Assembly: GCA_937912005.1 (NCBI GenBank)
Contig: CALDOX010000015.1
Coordinates: 284,133-348,132 of the forward strand
Direction of reading: 5' to 3'
DNA: 64,000 nt
Source: an uncultured Alphaproteobacteria bacterium
Lineage (GTDB): Bacteria > Pseudomonadota > Alphaproteobacteria > CAAGCB01 > CAG-977
A program made the translations under genes and the position numbers. Positions 41,880 through 51,083 of the stretch are shown here, piece by piece. The notes under the pieces were generated by a model that had not been told where the DNA came from, searched no databases, and saw nothing but the letters and a program-made list of their open reading frames with translations. The first letter of the stretch is position 1. Every line of letters begins with the position of its first letter.

Positions 41880-42097
41880 TTTTCCATCCTAAACCGTTCC
41901 GGTTTTCAGTTTAATTATGCCGCGAAAAATTTCAAGTTTCATTGAAAAGCCGCGCTCAATGATTCAGAACGCCTTCCTACCTCAAACGTGCAGCAAAAAA
42001 TACAGCCAAAACGACTTTTTACGTTCTTTTTTTATCTTTTCGTAACAAAGTCCTGCTATCCTGAGCGAAATAAACGGGTCAATAAAAGAGGTTTGAC

Positions 42098-42934
42098 GTG
42101 TCTGAAAATTCTCATTTTTCTTTAAAAACGCTGGCTTTGGCAACAGCGACACTTCTGTTCGGCGCTTGTGATATGGGGCTGCCCGATCCTTTCACACAAA
42201 GAACAATCGTCACACCGAAAGCCCCTTCTTCCGTCATCGTTTGCCGTTCACAGCAATGCGCACCGGCCAGAACCAGCATGACACGCGAATTTCTATACAA
42301 CAGTCTGCTGAATCTGTTTGACAACAATCTGGATTCAACCGTTTTGATTTGCGACGCGGATCCGTCTTCCAGAATGTGCTTTGAAAACTATATTCAATTT
42401 AATATTAAAGCGGGGGTAACGCCGGCGACGGTCGTTATTGATTCTGCCAAACTGTTAAATGTCAAATTAAAAAAAGATGAACAAATCATCGATGTTTCCC
42501 TTGATTACAATATGCATTACAACGCCGTCCGGCCGGTTTGTCTGAATTCAACGAATGCCTTGTTTGTCAAATCTCCGGATTATGTGCTGATGGAAGATAC
42601 CGGCTACGTTTGTAAATTCACAACAACGGCGGATTCTATGATTTCCACCGTTTTTGCGATTGACTATGTCGATTTGGATTACGGCGTTATCGGTGCCAAC
42701 TACTCCTTTGGCGTAGCGGGACCGGCTTATGGCGGCGGCACCGGATATATGCTGATGAGATTCCAGAAAAACGCCTTCCCGTCCGATCCGAAAAAGTTTG
42801 TTCTGCCCAAAGCGGAAACGCCGGCAGCGCCGACGACCGCTTCCGGCCGAACCAGACAGGAATACGGGACCAAAACAGACGCGGCAAAGATTGCGCCGGG
42901 GCAATATAAAGTCACACCGCTTCCTTTAAAATAA
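42098..42934 (+). CDS. lipoprotein, unknown function
   Basis: GTG start and lipobox 'LFGAC'. Confidence 0.45.
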   Translation: MSENSHFSLKTLALATATLLFGACDMGLPDPFTQRTIVTPKAPSSVIVCRSQQCAPARTSMTREFLYNSLLNLFDNNLDSTVLICDADPSSRMCFENYIQFNIKAGVTPATVVIDSAKLLNVKLKKDEQIIDVSLDYNMHYNAVRPVCLNSTNALFVKSPDYVLMEDTGYVCKFTTTADSMISTVFAIDYVDLDYGVIGANYSFGVAGPAYGGGTGYMLMRFQKNAFPSDPKKFVLPKAETPAAPTTASGRTRQEYGTKTDAAKIAPGQYKVTPLPLK

Positions 42935-42936
42935 CG

Positions 42937-44331
42937 ATGACTCCGCCCGTTAAAACAATCGGCGTCATGACCGGCAATTCTTTGGATGCCGTTGATGTGG
43001 TCCTGACCGAATTCAATAACGGAAAGATTTTTGACTTAGCGGCTCACACAATCAAATACCCGCCCGAATTAACGCAGGATATGCTCCGGCTGCGCATGGA
43101 ACTGGCCGCGCATCACGCGGAAGTCGAATGGCTGGAAAACAATCCGTTTTTCGACCAAACTCTGACGGTTTATACATTGTTGATCGCCGATGCGGTCAAC
43201 GAACTTTGTTTTAAATCCGGCATCAATAAACCAGAAATTGCCGCTGTCGGACTGCACGGACAGACATGCGATCATTTTCCGCCGTCAATCGCCGCAGGAC
43301 AGCCGCCTTATACGCTGCAAATCGCCGACGCCGCCCTGTTGGCAAACGAAACGGACATTCCCGTCATTTACGATTTCCGTTCCGATGATTTGATGAACGG
43401 CGGGGAAGCCGCTCCTCTGGCCCCTGTCCATAATCAGCATTTATGCGCCGATTTAAAACAAAAAGGCCTTTTTCCTCTTGCCTTTTGCAACGCCGGCAAT
43501 ACGGGCAACATCACCGTTGTTTCCGCAAATAAAACCGGAAAAGAAGTTGTTATGGGATGGGATGTCGGTCCGTTTAATCACTTCGCGGATCAAATAACAC
43601 GTTTAAAAACGAACGATTCCTGCGATATCGACGCTCAATACGGAAAAAAAGGGAACATAATCGTCGAATTGCTTTCGGATCTGTTCGATTCCGTTGCCGT
43701 TACAAATGAAAATAAAAATTTTTATTTGCAAAAACCGCCGAAATCCTCCGATCCCAGCTGGTACAGGCTGGATATGGAAAGCGTTTGTTCACGATACGGT
43801 TTTGAAAACGTTTTAAGAACAATAGAATATCTCAGCGCATATTCCTATGTGCACACATTAAGTTTTGTTCCGGAAAACCTTGAAATGCCGCAGACCTTTT
43901 TATTGTTCGGCGGCGGATGGAAAAATCCCCTGATACGAAAAGATTTTCAAGATATTTTAAACAAAAAAAGCGTCGTTTTGGATCGGCATCAGGAATTATT
44001 TGCGCGAATTTATTCCCGTTTTACAGTGCCGCCCGTTGTTGATTTTTCAGACCGCTTCGGATACAGCGGCGAATATATGGAGGCGCGCATTTTTGCGGAC
44101 ATGGCGTATTGCCGCATTATCGGAGAACCGTTCAGTTTTCCCGAAACGACGGGCTGCAAATCGCCGACTGTCGCCGGAATTTATACTTTGCCTCAAACAG
44201 GGAAAAAATATCTGCTGACCTCTTTATTGGAACGCTACCAAACCAAAAATTTGATCAATAACGACTGGCACAAAAAATACAACCGAGCGGCCAAAGGTTG
44301 GCAGAAAAATTCCTATATAGAAAAACTATAA
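42937..44331 (+). CDS. anmK: anhydro-N-acetylmuramic acid kinase-like protein (long form)
   Basis: 'IGVMTGNSLDAVDVVL' resembles AnmK 'GLMSGTSLDGIDVAL'. ASKHA-fold length plus about 90 extra residues. Confidence 0.7.
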   Translation: MTPPVKTIGVMTGNSLDAVDVVLTEFNNGKIFDLAAHTIKYPPELTQDMLRLRMELAAHHAEVEWLENNPFFDQTLTVYTLLIADAVNELCFKSGINKPEIAAVGLHGQTCDHFPPSIAAGQPPYTLQIADAALLANETDIPVIYDFRSDDLMNGGEAAPLAPVHNQHLCADLKQKGLFPLAFCNAGNTGNITVVSANKTGKEVVMGWDVGPFNHFADQITRLKTNDSCDIDAQYGKKGNIIVELLSDLFDSVAVTNENKNFYLQKPPKSSDPSWYRLDMESVCSRYGFENVLRTIEYLSAYSYVHTLSFVPENLEMPQTFLLFGGGWKNPLIRKDFQDILNKKSVVLDRHQELFARIYSRFTVPPVVDFSDRFGYSGEYMEARIFADMAYCRIIGEPFSFPETTGCKSPTVAGIYTLPQTGKKYLLTSLLERYQTKNLINNDWHKKYNRAAKGWQKNSYIEKL

Positions 44332-45035
44332 AGATACGACGCGTTCTTTTTCAGCCAATATTCCGCCTTTTTATAATCTGGCGACAATTCCGCCACTACC
44401 CGCCAGAAAGCCGGAGAATGATTCATCTGGCTTAAATGCGCAACCTCATGAGCGATTACATAATCCGCAACATTCACAGGAGCCAAAGCCAGTCTCCAAG
44501 ACAAAGACAGATGTCCCGTCCGGCTGCAGCTGCCCCAACGGGACGTTGTGTCCCGTATTGTGATTTTTTGGACACGAACATTTATTTTTTCCGCGGTCTC
44601 GCGCGCTTTTTGCAGTGCGTAAACGGTAAATTCCTTTTTAATAAAGTCTCGAACACGCCGCGCCAAATGCTCTGATTGTCCCGAAACCCAAATAACGTCT
44701 TGTTCGAACCAAACGCCTCTTCTAGCCGACGGAGAATGATGAATCACGCTTTCATGGCCTAAAAAAGAAAGAGTCATTCCGTCGCAAAATACTTTTTTTT
44801 CAGGCAATAGAGCCAATTGCGCCATAATCCAATCCGCTTTGCGCTGCGCAAATTCCAATCCGTTTTTAACAGGAACCGCGCGAGGCAGAACCAAAACGGC
44901 TTGACGGGAAGAACGGCCGACTTTTAAACGAACACGACGGGCACGAACATTGCGTTCAACGATCAGATCAATCGGCATCCCCCGATAATATACTGTTGCT
45001 GTTTGTTTGTTTTGTGCTGTCACAGATCGTCCCAT
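44313..45035 (-). CDS. YgjP-like M48-family (DUF45) metal-dependent hydrolase
   Basis: 'HEVAHL' zincin motif. The start is set at ATG 45035. The track ORF extends to 45206 across ycgN. Confidence 0.75.
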   Translation of the reverse strand: MGRSVTAQNKQTATVYYRGMPIDLIVERNVRARRVRLKVGRSSRQAVLVLPRAVPVKNGLEFAQRKADWIMAQLALLPEKKVFCDGMTLSFLGHESVIHHSPSARRGVWFEQDVIWVSGQSEHLARRVRDFIKKEFTVYALQKARETAEKINVRVQKITIRDTTSRWGSCSRTGHLSLSWRLALAPVNVADYVIAHEVAHLSQMNHSPAFWRVVAELSPDYKKAEYWLKKNASYLYSFSI

Positions 45036-45463
45036 TCCACAATATAGTTTTGAAATTCTTCCTCCGGTTTGGGAGGAACACATCGCCCCGCCGCCGACAT
45101 TCCGGCCGTATGGACGCTCATAGGCGTTCCGCTGATCAATGGATGCCATTGAGGCAACGTCTTCCCCTCGCTCAGCAAACGATAGGCGCATGTTTTCGGC
45201 AGCCAATAACTTTCTTTAATCGTTTCCGGACGGATTGATCTGCACTCGGGCACATACTTGCTTCGGTTATGATAATATCGGCAGCGGCAAGTCTTCCGAT
45301 CCAGCAAGCGACAGGCAATATTGGTAAAGACTAAAGAATTGTCTTCTTCAAAAATAAATTTTTCCAAACAACATTTCCCGCAGCCGTCACACAACATTTC
45401 CCATTCTTCCGGCGTCATTTCGGAAAGCTTTTTTGTTTTCCAGAAAGGCTTTTTCTTTTTCAA
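45020..45463 (-). CDS. ycgN: YcgN-family (UPF0260) cysteine-cluster protein
   Basis: 'PFWKTKKLSEMTPEEWEMLCDGCGKCC' aligns with E. coli YcgN. TTG 45463 has an AGGAG SD. The track start is ATG 45490. Confidence 0.8.
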   Translation of the reverse strand: MKKKKPFWKTKKLSEMTPEEWEMLCDGCGKCCLEKFIFEEDNSLVFTNIACRLLDRKTCRCRYYHNRSKYVPECRSIRPETIKESYWLPKTCAYRLLSEGKTLPQWHPLISGTPMSVHTAGMSAAGRCVPPKPEEEFQNYIVEWDDL

Positions 45464-45478
45464 ACAAATTTCTCCTGA

Positions 45479-45513
45479 TAAAAAAGGCATTACCCATTGT
45501 AATGCCTTTTTTT
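45479..45513. terminator. hairpin terminator downstream of mucR
   Basis: GGCATTAC (45486-45493) / GTAATGCC (45499-45506) stem with an A-run and a T-run on either side. Confidence 0.65.
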
Positions 45514-45535
45514 CTTTTTATCATACGCTTTTTAT

Positions 45536-45940
45536 TTATTTTTTGGAGCGTACGCCTAATCCGATTTTTTTAGCCAAACCGGATCTGCGTTCCGCATAGT
45601 TGGGAGCTACCATCGGATAATCTGCGGGCAAATTCCAACGAACGCGATATTCTTCAGGTGTCATATGGTAAGCCGTCTTCAGGTGACGTTTTAACATTTT
45701 CAGTTTCTTGCCGTCTTCCAGACAAATAATATAATCCGGAAAAACAGATTTCTTTACCGGAACGGCCGGCTGTAAATGTTCGGTGTCCGCATCCGCCGCG
45801 TTCACAGAAGCCAATGCACGATAAACATCCTGAATCAATTTGGGTAATTCTATCGCCGTTGTTTCGTTTCTGGAAACGTGGGAAGATACTATTTCTGTTG
45901 TAAATGCTAAAAGATCCTCATTTGTAAAAGATTCAGACAT
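45536..45940 (-). CDS. mucR: MucR/Ros-family transcriptional regulator
   Basis: 'YIICLEDGKKLKMLKRHLKTAYHMTPEEYRVRWNLPADYPMVAPNYAERRSGLAKKIGLG'. The second zinc-ligand Cys position is Asp ('CLED'), a variant reported for some Ros homologues. Confidence 0.9.
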   Translation of the reverse strand: MSESFTNEDLLAFTTEIVSSHVSRNETTAIELPKLIQDVYRALASVNAADADTEHLQPAVPVKKSVFPDYIICLEDGKKLKMLKRHLKTAYHMTPEEYRVRWNLPADYPMVAPNYAERRSGLAKKIGLGVRSKK

Positions 45941-46015
45941 TCTAATATCTCCTAATTAATGTTGGGATTTTTTTGTAAAACAATTTAAAAATATACGCAA
46001 GTTTTTTTCTAATAT

Positions 46016-47077
46016 TTATTCATTTTTTTCCAGGAAACACGCGTCTCCGTAAGAAAAAAATCTATATTCATTTTGTATTGCATGCCGATAAGCCGATTTC
46101 ATACATTCGATACCGCTGAAAGCACACACAAGCATAAACAAAGTCGAACATGGCAAATGAAAATTCGTAAACAAAGCATCCACCATTTTGAACTTATATC
46201 CCGGCGTGATAAAAATAGATGTCTTATCATTAAAAGGGTGAAGCGCCCCTTTTTCATCGGCAGCGCTTTCCAACAAACGCAAAGCTGTCGTTCCGATTGA
46301 AACGATTCGCCGCCCTTTTTTCTTCGCCTGCGTGATAAGCTGCGCATTTTCAGCCGAAACATGTCCGAATTCGGCGTGCATAATGTGATCTTTAGTATCG
46401 CTGACTTTGACCGGTAAAAAAGTCCCGCCGCCGACATGAAGCGTTATTTTAACGTTTTCAATACCGAGAGCCGCTATCTTCGCCAACAAATCTTTTGTGA
46501 AATGCAATCCAGCCGTCGGAGCCGCCACCGCACCGTTATGCTTGGCATACACCGTCTGATAATTTCTTTTATCGTCCTCGTACTCATTCTTTCCTCGATG
46601 AATATACGGCGGCAGCGGCATCACGCCATATTGCTCCAAAGCTGCGAACAGCAAGGACGGATCTATTAAAAATTCCAAAACAACGGTCGCCCCGCCTTCT
46701 CCGCGCCCCAGCACTTTGGCTTCCAGCGGATCAGCATGCGGATTTTGAGGTGGGAAAAAACGAATGATATCCCCTTCATGCAACCGCCGGGCATTTTTAA
46801 TCAACGCCTCCCATTGATTAACGCCTATTGATTTAAACAACGTCGCTTCAACCGCCGCATTCCCCCGCTGACCGAACAGCCGCGCCGGAATCACGCGCGT
46901 ATCGTTGAACACCAATAAATCATCGGAACGCAATAAAGACGGAAAATCCGCAATATGCAGATCCGTAAAAGAATCCGGAGGACAAACATGTAATAATCCG
47001 GCAGATTCGCGAGGCTCTGCCGGACGAGAGGCAATCCTTTCCTTCGGAAGGACAAAATCAAATTCGGAAACTAACAC
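46016..47077 (-). CDS. queA: S-adenosylmethionine:tRNA ribosyltransferase-isomerase
   Basis: 'FDFVLPKERIASRP', 'VAAPTAGLHFT' and 'GTT..R.LES' blocks. Confidence 0.95.
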   Translation of the reverse strand: MLVSEFDFVLPKERIASRPAEPRESAGLLHVCPPDSFTDLHIADFPSLLRSDDLLVFNDTRVIPARLFGQRGNAAVEATLFKSIGVNQWEALIKNARRLHEGDIIRFFPPQNPHADPLEAKVLGRGEGGATVVLEFLIDPSLLFAALEQYGVMPLPPYIHRGKNEYEDDKRNYQTVYAKHNGAVAAPTAGLHFTKDLLAKIAALGIENVKITLHVGGGTFLPVKVSDTKDHIMHAEFGHVSAENAQLITQAKKKGRRIVSIGTTALRLLESAADEKGALHPFNDKTSIFITPGYKFKMVDALFTNFHLPCSTLFMLVCAFSGIECMKSAYRHAIQNEYRFFSYGDACFLEKNE

Positions 47078-47083
47078 TGTATT

Positions 47084-47524
47084 TTACAGACGCGGAGAAA
47101 CGACACCTTCAAACATTGCGTCAAAAGCGTCAAAATCTTCCATCACATCATGACCGGTAAAGTCCAACACTTCGTATTTTTCATTTGCAGTGTTGTACAC
47201 ATACAAATCATCATCCGCACGACCCAGCAGCACCATTCCTTCCAAATCGTCATTATAATCGGCAAAATCCTCATTGGCAGAAACGATATCGTTCAAAGTA
47301 TAATTGCTGTCCGGATCGGTTACTTGATCCGTGCTGTAAAATTCAATGCCGTTCCAAGCAAACCCGTTGACTTCTCTTAAAAAATCAATGTATCCCTGCG
47401 GCACGGGCGGCAACCCGATTTCGGCCATATCTCTTTGGCATTGAGCCAAATCTTTGCTGGAAGCGGGACGAACAATCATTGCGCCGTCATCATCGGCCAA
47501 TTTTTTAAGAATATCTTCGATCAT
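47084..47524 (-). CDS. SUKH/SMI1-KNR4-family protein (immunity-protein-like)
   Basis: 'IGLPPVPQGYIDFLREVNGFAWNGIEFYS' matches the SMI1/KNR4 signature (LP.dY..FL...NG). Acidic, 146 aa. Located 70 nt downstream of DNase paralogue 1. Confidence 0.7.
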   Translation of the reverse strand: MIEDILKKLADDDGAMIVRPASSKDLAQCQRDMAEIGLPPVPQGYIDFLREVNGFAWNGIEFYSTDQVTDPDSNYTLNDIVSANEDFADYNDDLEGMVLLGRADDDLYVYNTANEKYEVLDFTGHDVMEDFDAFDAMFEGVVSPRL

Positions 47525-47594
47525 TATGTTATCCTAAACAGTTGCAAACAAGTAAAGGTATTTTATAGAAAAAAATTCGATTCTTCAACGGTTT

Positions 47595-48188
47595 TCAGCG
47601 TCCGGCCTGTTTCTGCATCAACTGGGCCACAGACACATTCAGCTTTTCGCGCGACTTGGCCGGACGTTTCCAGACCATATCGTCGCACCAAGGCAGTTTG
47701 ATTTTGATTCCCGCCGATAAATTCTGATTTTTCAGCTGCGGGTCTATGACCTCATGGTGCAGCTCGTCATGCGGTCGGATCGGCATAATGATCAGGTTCT
47801 TAAAATCATTTGTGCCGCCGCCATGAATCGGCAGCTTGTGATGCACATTATACCCGTTGACGCCGATTCCCTTGCGCATATTCGCTATCCCCGCATCGGA
47901 AATCCCCATCGCATGCAGTTCATCAACGAAATGTTCGGCCACATATTTTAAAAAAGCCGGGCGAACCTCTTTTTTAAATTGTTCGCGCATTGCTTCGCGC
48001 TCGCCTTTGGGGGGAGTTTTGAACTCGACCTCTTTCAGCTTAAAGCCGTTGATCACGTCAAAGTCAAATTGACCGCGCGCGGCGCGTTCCTTTTCGGGCG
48101 TATTCTTTTTCTGTCCGTTGTTATAACCGAACTGCGCCCCGTGACCGCCCCGACGTGCGCGCTTTGTATGTGTGTATTCTTTCACCAT
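47595..48188 (-). CDS. colicin-E/pyocin-S-type H-N-H DNase-domain protein, paralogue 1
   Basis: 'NGYNVHHKLPIHGGGTNDFKNLIIMPIRPHDELHH'. ATG 48188 has a GGAG SD. The track start is TTG 48206. Confidence 0.7.
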   Translation of the reverse strand: MVKEYTHTKRARRGGHGAQFGYNNGQKKNTPEKERAARGQFDFDVINGFKLKEVEFKTPPKGEREAMREQFKKEVRPAFLKYVAEHFVDELHAMGISDAGIANMRKGIGVNGYNVHHKLPIHGGGTNDFKNLIIMPIRPHDELHHEVIDPQLKNQNLSAGIKIKLPWCDDMVWKRPAKSREKLNVSVAQLMQKQAGR

Positions 48189-48276
48189 GGAAAACTCCAT
48201 AATCAATCAGGCATTAATTTTAAGGTTAAGCCTAACACACCTTTTTTGGCAAAGAAAGTCTTTTTTGTCTATTTTT

Positions 48277-48522
48277 TCAGATGGTGATTATCTTCACCTG
48301 AATACCGTCCACCTGTTCCAATTTAATTCGGAGCTCTTCGATTTTTTCCTGCGGCGCTTCCATAACAATAGAAATCAGATTCAACTGCTTTTGACGATGA
48401 GGCACTCCCATACGGGCAATAATACATTCACCGTACTGAGACAACAAATCATTGATTGAAGCTGCGGATTTTTCACGATGCGGCACAACGATGGCTATTT
48501 CCGCCAATTTTAATTCAGACAT
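48277..48522 (-). CDS. second TM1266-family small ACT/NikR-C-like protein
   Basis: 81 aa. 'IAIVVPHREKSAASINDLLSQYGECIIARMGVPH' parallels the hydG-linked copy at 22145-22387. Confidence 0.55.
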   Translation of the reverse strand: MSELKLAEIAIVVPHREKSAASINDLLSQYGECIIARMGVPHRQKQLNLISIVMEAPQEKIEELRIKLEQVDGIQVKIITI

Positions 48523-48594
48523 TATTACATCCTCCCGAAATTATTTTTTTCAAAATAAAAGAGTTTCGACTAAAAAGCAAACATCTCTTTAGGG

Positions 48595-49233
48595 TTATTT
48601 TTTATCTTGCCGTAATACCTTGTATTTTTCCAGCAGACGGGAAAAAGCCTCTGTCAATCCGGTCGCTATTTCCGGCTTTTCTCCCAAATAACTCAGGCAT
48701 TGCGCACAGGCTTCCAACGTAGAAACGCTTTCCCGTCTGGGTTCTTTGCGCAGCTTGCCGTATAAAGATCTTTTTTCGGGCACCAACAGCAGCCGCCGTG
48801 TTTTCAACAGCCACGGATTGCGCCACCACAAAGCTTTAGCCTGGCTCCATGATCCGTCCAACAAAATAATGCCTTCCAATTCCTGCAGGCACTGTTCTCT
48901 ATCCGCAGCCAACCCGCCTTTTTTATCCAGAACATAAAGCCCCGGAGCGACCGGCGTTTCCTTTTGAGCCCCCAAATACAATACGCCCCATTTTTTCGGA
49001 TCGGCCGGCCTTTTCAAAACAGCGGCCAAACTCGGACGGGACAAAGCGATTTCCAACCGGGAATTTTTCAGCATAGATTTCAAAATCCCCGCGGTTCCCA
49101 GCTCTTTATCCTGTTCCTGCGGATGCTGTAAAATCAACACGAAACGGCGGTTGTCAAAGGGCTCCGCGTCCGTGCAAACGCAGAGCCTTTTTTCTTTTCC
49201 GCATCTTTCACAAGTATCTGATTCTTTTGTCAA
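48595..49233 (-). CDS. DTW-domain protein (tRNA aminocarboxypropyltransferase family)
   Basis: N-terminal 'CERCGKEKRLCVC' and 'LLDGSWSQAKALW' (DTW/DGSW motif). Confidence 0.8.
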   Translation of the reverse strand: MTKESDTCERCGKEKRLCVCTDAEPFDNRRFVLILQHPQEQDKELGTAGILKSMLKNSRLEIALSRPSLAAVLKRPADPKKWGVLYLGAQKETPVAPGLYVLDKKGGLAADREQCLQELEGIILLDGSWSQAKALWWRNPWLLKTRRLLLVPEKRSLYGKLRKEPRRESVSTLEACAQCLSYLGEKPEIATGLTEAFSRLLEKYKVLRQDKK

Positions 49234-49445
49234 TGGACGCTCACCGGTATCAATTCGTTATCTATGACCAGAGATAAAGCCTTGTTTTCATCATCCGTAT
49301 AGGCCAACTCTGTTCCTTCAGCCGCATAGATAAACCACATTTTGCGGTGATCTACAATCTTTTGTTTGATATAAGCGACGGTATTTACGCCCAATTTGGC
49401 CAAATCATCGGCCGTTATGTCCTTTTTATCCATAGAAAACAGCAT
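49230..49445 (-). CDS. DUF1150-family small protein
   Basis: 'LGVNTVAYIKQ...WFIYAAEGTELAYTDD' pattern. AAGGAGG SD. Sits downstream of hsp20, as is typical in alphaproteobacteria. Confidence 0.7.
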   Translation of the reverse strand: MLFSMDKKDITADDLAKLGVNTVAYIKQKIVDHRKMWFIYAAEGTELAYTDDENKALSLVIDNELIPVSVH

Positions 49446-49468
49446 GACGACCTCCTTATTTATCGTAA

Positions 49469-49924
49469 TCAGGATTTCTTTTCGATTTTAGCTTTTTCGG
49501 AAGACTTTTCGCCTTTTTTGGAAATTTTAATCTGACGCACTTTAACCTCCGGTTCTTTTTGCTCCAAATCAATATGCAGCAAACCGTTATTCAAATGAGC
49601 GTCTATCACTTCGACGCCGTCCGCCAGAATAAACGAACGTTGAAACTGGCGTGCCGCGATGCCGCGATACAAATATTGACGTTCCGGCGCGTTTTCGTCT
49701 TCCGCATGCTGTCCGCGCACGATCAGTTGCTTGTCTTCTTCTTCAATCGTCAGATCGTCTTCCGAAAAACCTGCAACGGCAATCGTAATCTGCAAATGAC
49801 AGGGATCTATTTGTTCAATATTGTACGGCGGATAATTTTCTGAATTTTTAGCCGCCCGATCCAGCATACGTTCCAAAGAATCAAAACCGAGCATAAAAGG
49901 ATTGTTAGACGTTAAAAAAGCCAT
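49469..49924 (-). CDS. Hsp20/alpha-crystallin small heat-shock protein
   Basis: 'YPPYNIEQ', 'IAVAGF' and 'GLLHIDL' IbpA-like blocks. ATG 49924 is preceded by an AGGAG SD. Confidence 0.9.
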   Translation of the reverse strand: MAFLTSNNPFMLGFDSLERMLDRAAKNSENYPPYNIEQIDPCHLQITIAVAGFSEDDLTIEEEDKQLIVRGQHAEDENAPERQYLYRGIAARQFQRSFILADGVEVIDAHLNNGLLHIDLEQKEPEVKVRQIKISKKGEKSSEKAKIEKKS

Positions 49925-50050
49925 TGTATTTCTCCTGATTAAAACGAGCAAATAACCGGCGGGTTCGATACGACACCCGTCGCCAGAACATCCGAAGCGG
50001 CATTATCCTGACCAAACGGATATAATCACTCGTCTTTTTGTTTTCAAGGG
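49925..50050 (-). promoter_or_regulatory. sigma-32-type promoter plus ROSE-like 5'-UTR hairpin upstream of hsp20
   Basis: On the minus strand, CCCTTGAA (50050-50043) is separated by 16 nt from ATTATAT (50026-20). In the UTR, UAUUU(G)CUC pairs with GAGAAAUA across the SD, with one bulged G. Confidence 0.45.
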
Positions 50051-50065
50051 CGAAAGAACACTTTT

Positions 50066-51067
50066 TTACGAAGCGTCTTCCTTTTCCTTTCGACCGTCTT
50101 CTTTTTCCGCCGTTTCCGCCAAAGACAAAAGCACGCCTCCGAACAGCAGAATAAATGTGATTGCCAAAGAAATACGGTCGTCCACTTTGAAAAAGAATTC
50201 GTTTATAAAGACTTTGATGCCGATCGTCACCAGCAAAATCGCGCAGGCCGGCTGCAGATAAGAAAAACGGTGAATGGCGGCAGACAACAAAAAGTAAAGA
50301 GCCCTCAGTCCCAAAACGGCAAACATATCACTTGAATAAATCGCGAACGTCTCATGCGAAACGGCAAACATCGCCGGAACGCTGTCAATCGCGAACAACG
50401 CATCCCCGAATTCAATCAGCAGCAAAGCCAAAAACAACGGCGTGGCATACCATTTCATTTTTTTTGAACCGGGACTTTCCGGCAGCCTGACAAAAAAATG
50501 CTCTTCGTGCAATTCGTTCGTCACGCGCAAATAGCGGCGAAAAAAACGAACCATACGGCTGTCAGACAGATTAATCGCCGGTTCGTCAGACAAAAGCATT
50601 TTTAAACCGGAATAAATCAGGAAAACAGCAAAAAGCAGCAAGACATGGTCATACTTATCCAAAATCTCGGCCCCGATGACAAACATCACGCCTCGCAGGA
50701 CAGCCGCGCCTAAAATGCCCCAAAACAAAACGCGGTGCTGCGAATGACGGGGGATCCCCAGATAAGAAAATACAAGTGAAATCACGAAGACGTTATCAAT
50801 CGACAGCCCTATTTCCACAATATAACCCGTGAAAAAATCAGAAGCCATCGATGCGCCGAAATACCAGTAAATCCACAAACCGAACAGACACGCAATTCCG
50901 GCATATACGGAAAACAGCAAAACGCTTTTTTTCGCACTGATTTCCTGGGCTTTTTTTTCTAAAATCCCCAGATCAACAAACAAAATGGCGCAGCCGACAG
51001 CTCCCAACATCAGCCAAATCCACAACGGTTGATGCAAAACGGTAAAAAACAACAAATCGTGTATCAC
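50066..51067 (-). CDS. TerC-family integral membrane protein
   Basis: Multi-TM protein with 'EIGLSIDNVFV' and 'DSVPAMFAV' TerC repeat motifs. Confidence 0.85.
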   Translation of the reverse strand: MIHDLLFFTVLHQPLWIWLMLGAVGCAILFVDLGILEKKAQEISAKKSVLLFSVYAGIACLFGLWIYWYFGASMASDFFTGYIVEIGLSIDNVFVISLVFSYLGIPRHSQHRVLFWGILGAAVLRGVMFVIGAEILDKYDHVLLLFAVFLIYSGLKMLLSDEPAINLSDSRMVRFFRRYLRVTNELHEEHFFVRLPESPGSKKMKWYATPLFLALLLIEFGDALFAIDSVPAMFAVSHETFAIYSSDMFAVLGLRALYFLLSAAIHRFSYLQPACAILLVTIGIKVFINEFFFKVDDRISLAITFILLFGGVLLSLAETAEKEDGRKEKEDAS

Positions 51068-51083
51068 TTAAAACAGCTCCGAA

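Noticed and set aside
44313-45206. Long N-terminal extension of the YgjP-like ORF. Similar TTG/ATG-extended starts are listed in the track at 7065, 15684, 31906, 39635, 49951 and 52588.
   Set aside because: The extensions overlap neighbouring genes or lack an SD. Internal ATGs with an SD give proteins that start at the expected signal peptide or conserved N-terminus.
51068-51083. yybP-ykoY (Mn) riboswitch, which is often found upstream of TerC-family genes
   Set aside because: Only 16 nt separate terC from the upstream OMP gene, so there is no room for a riboswitch.
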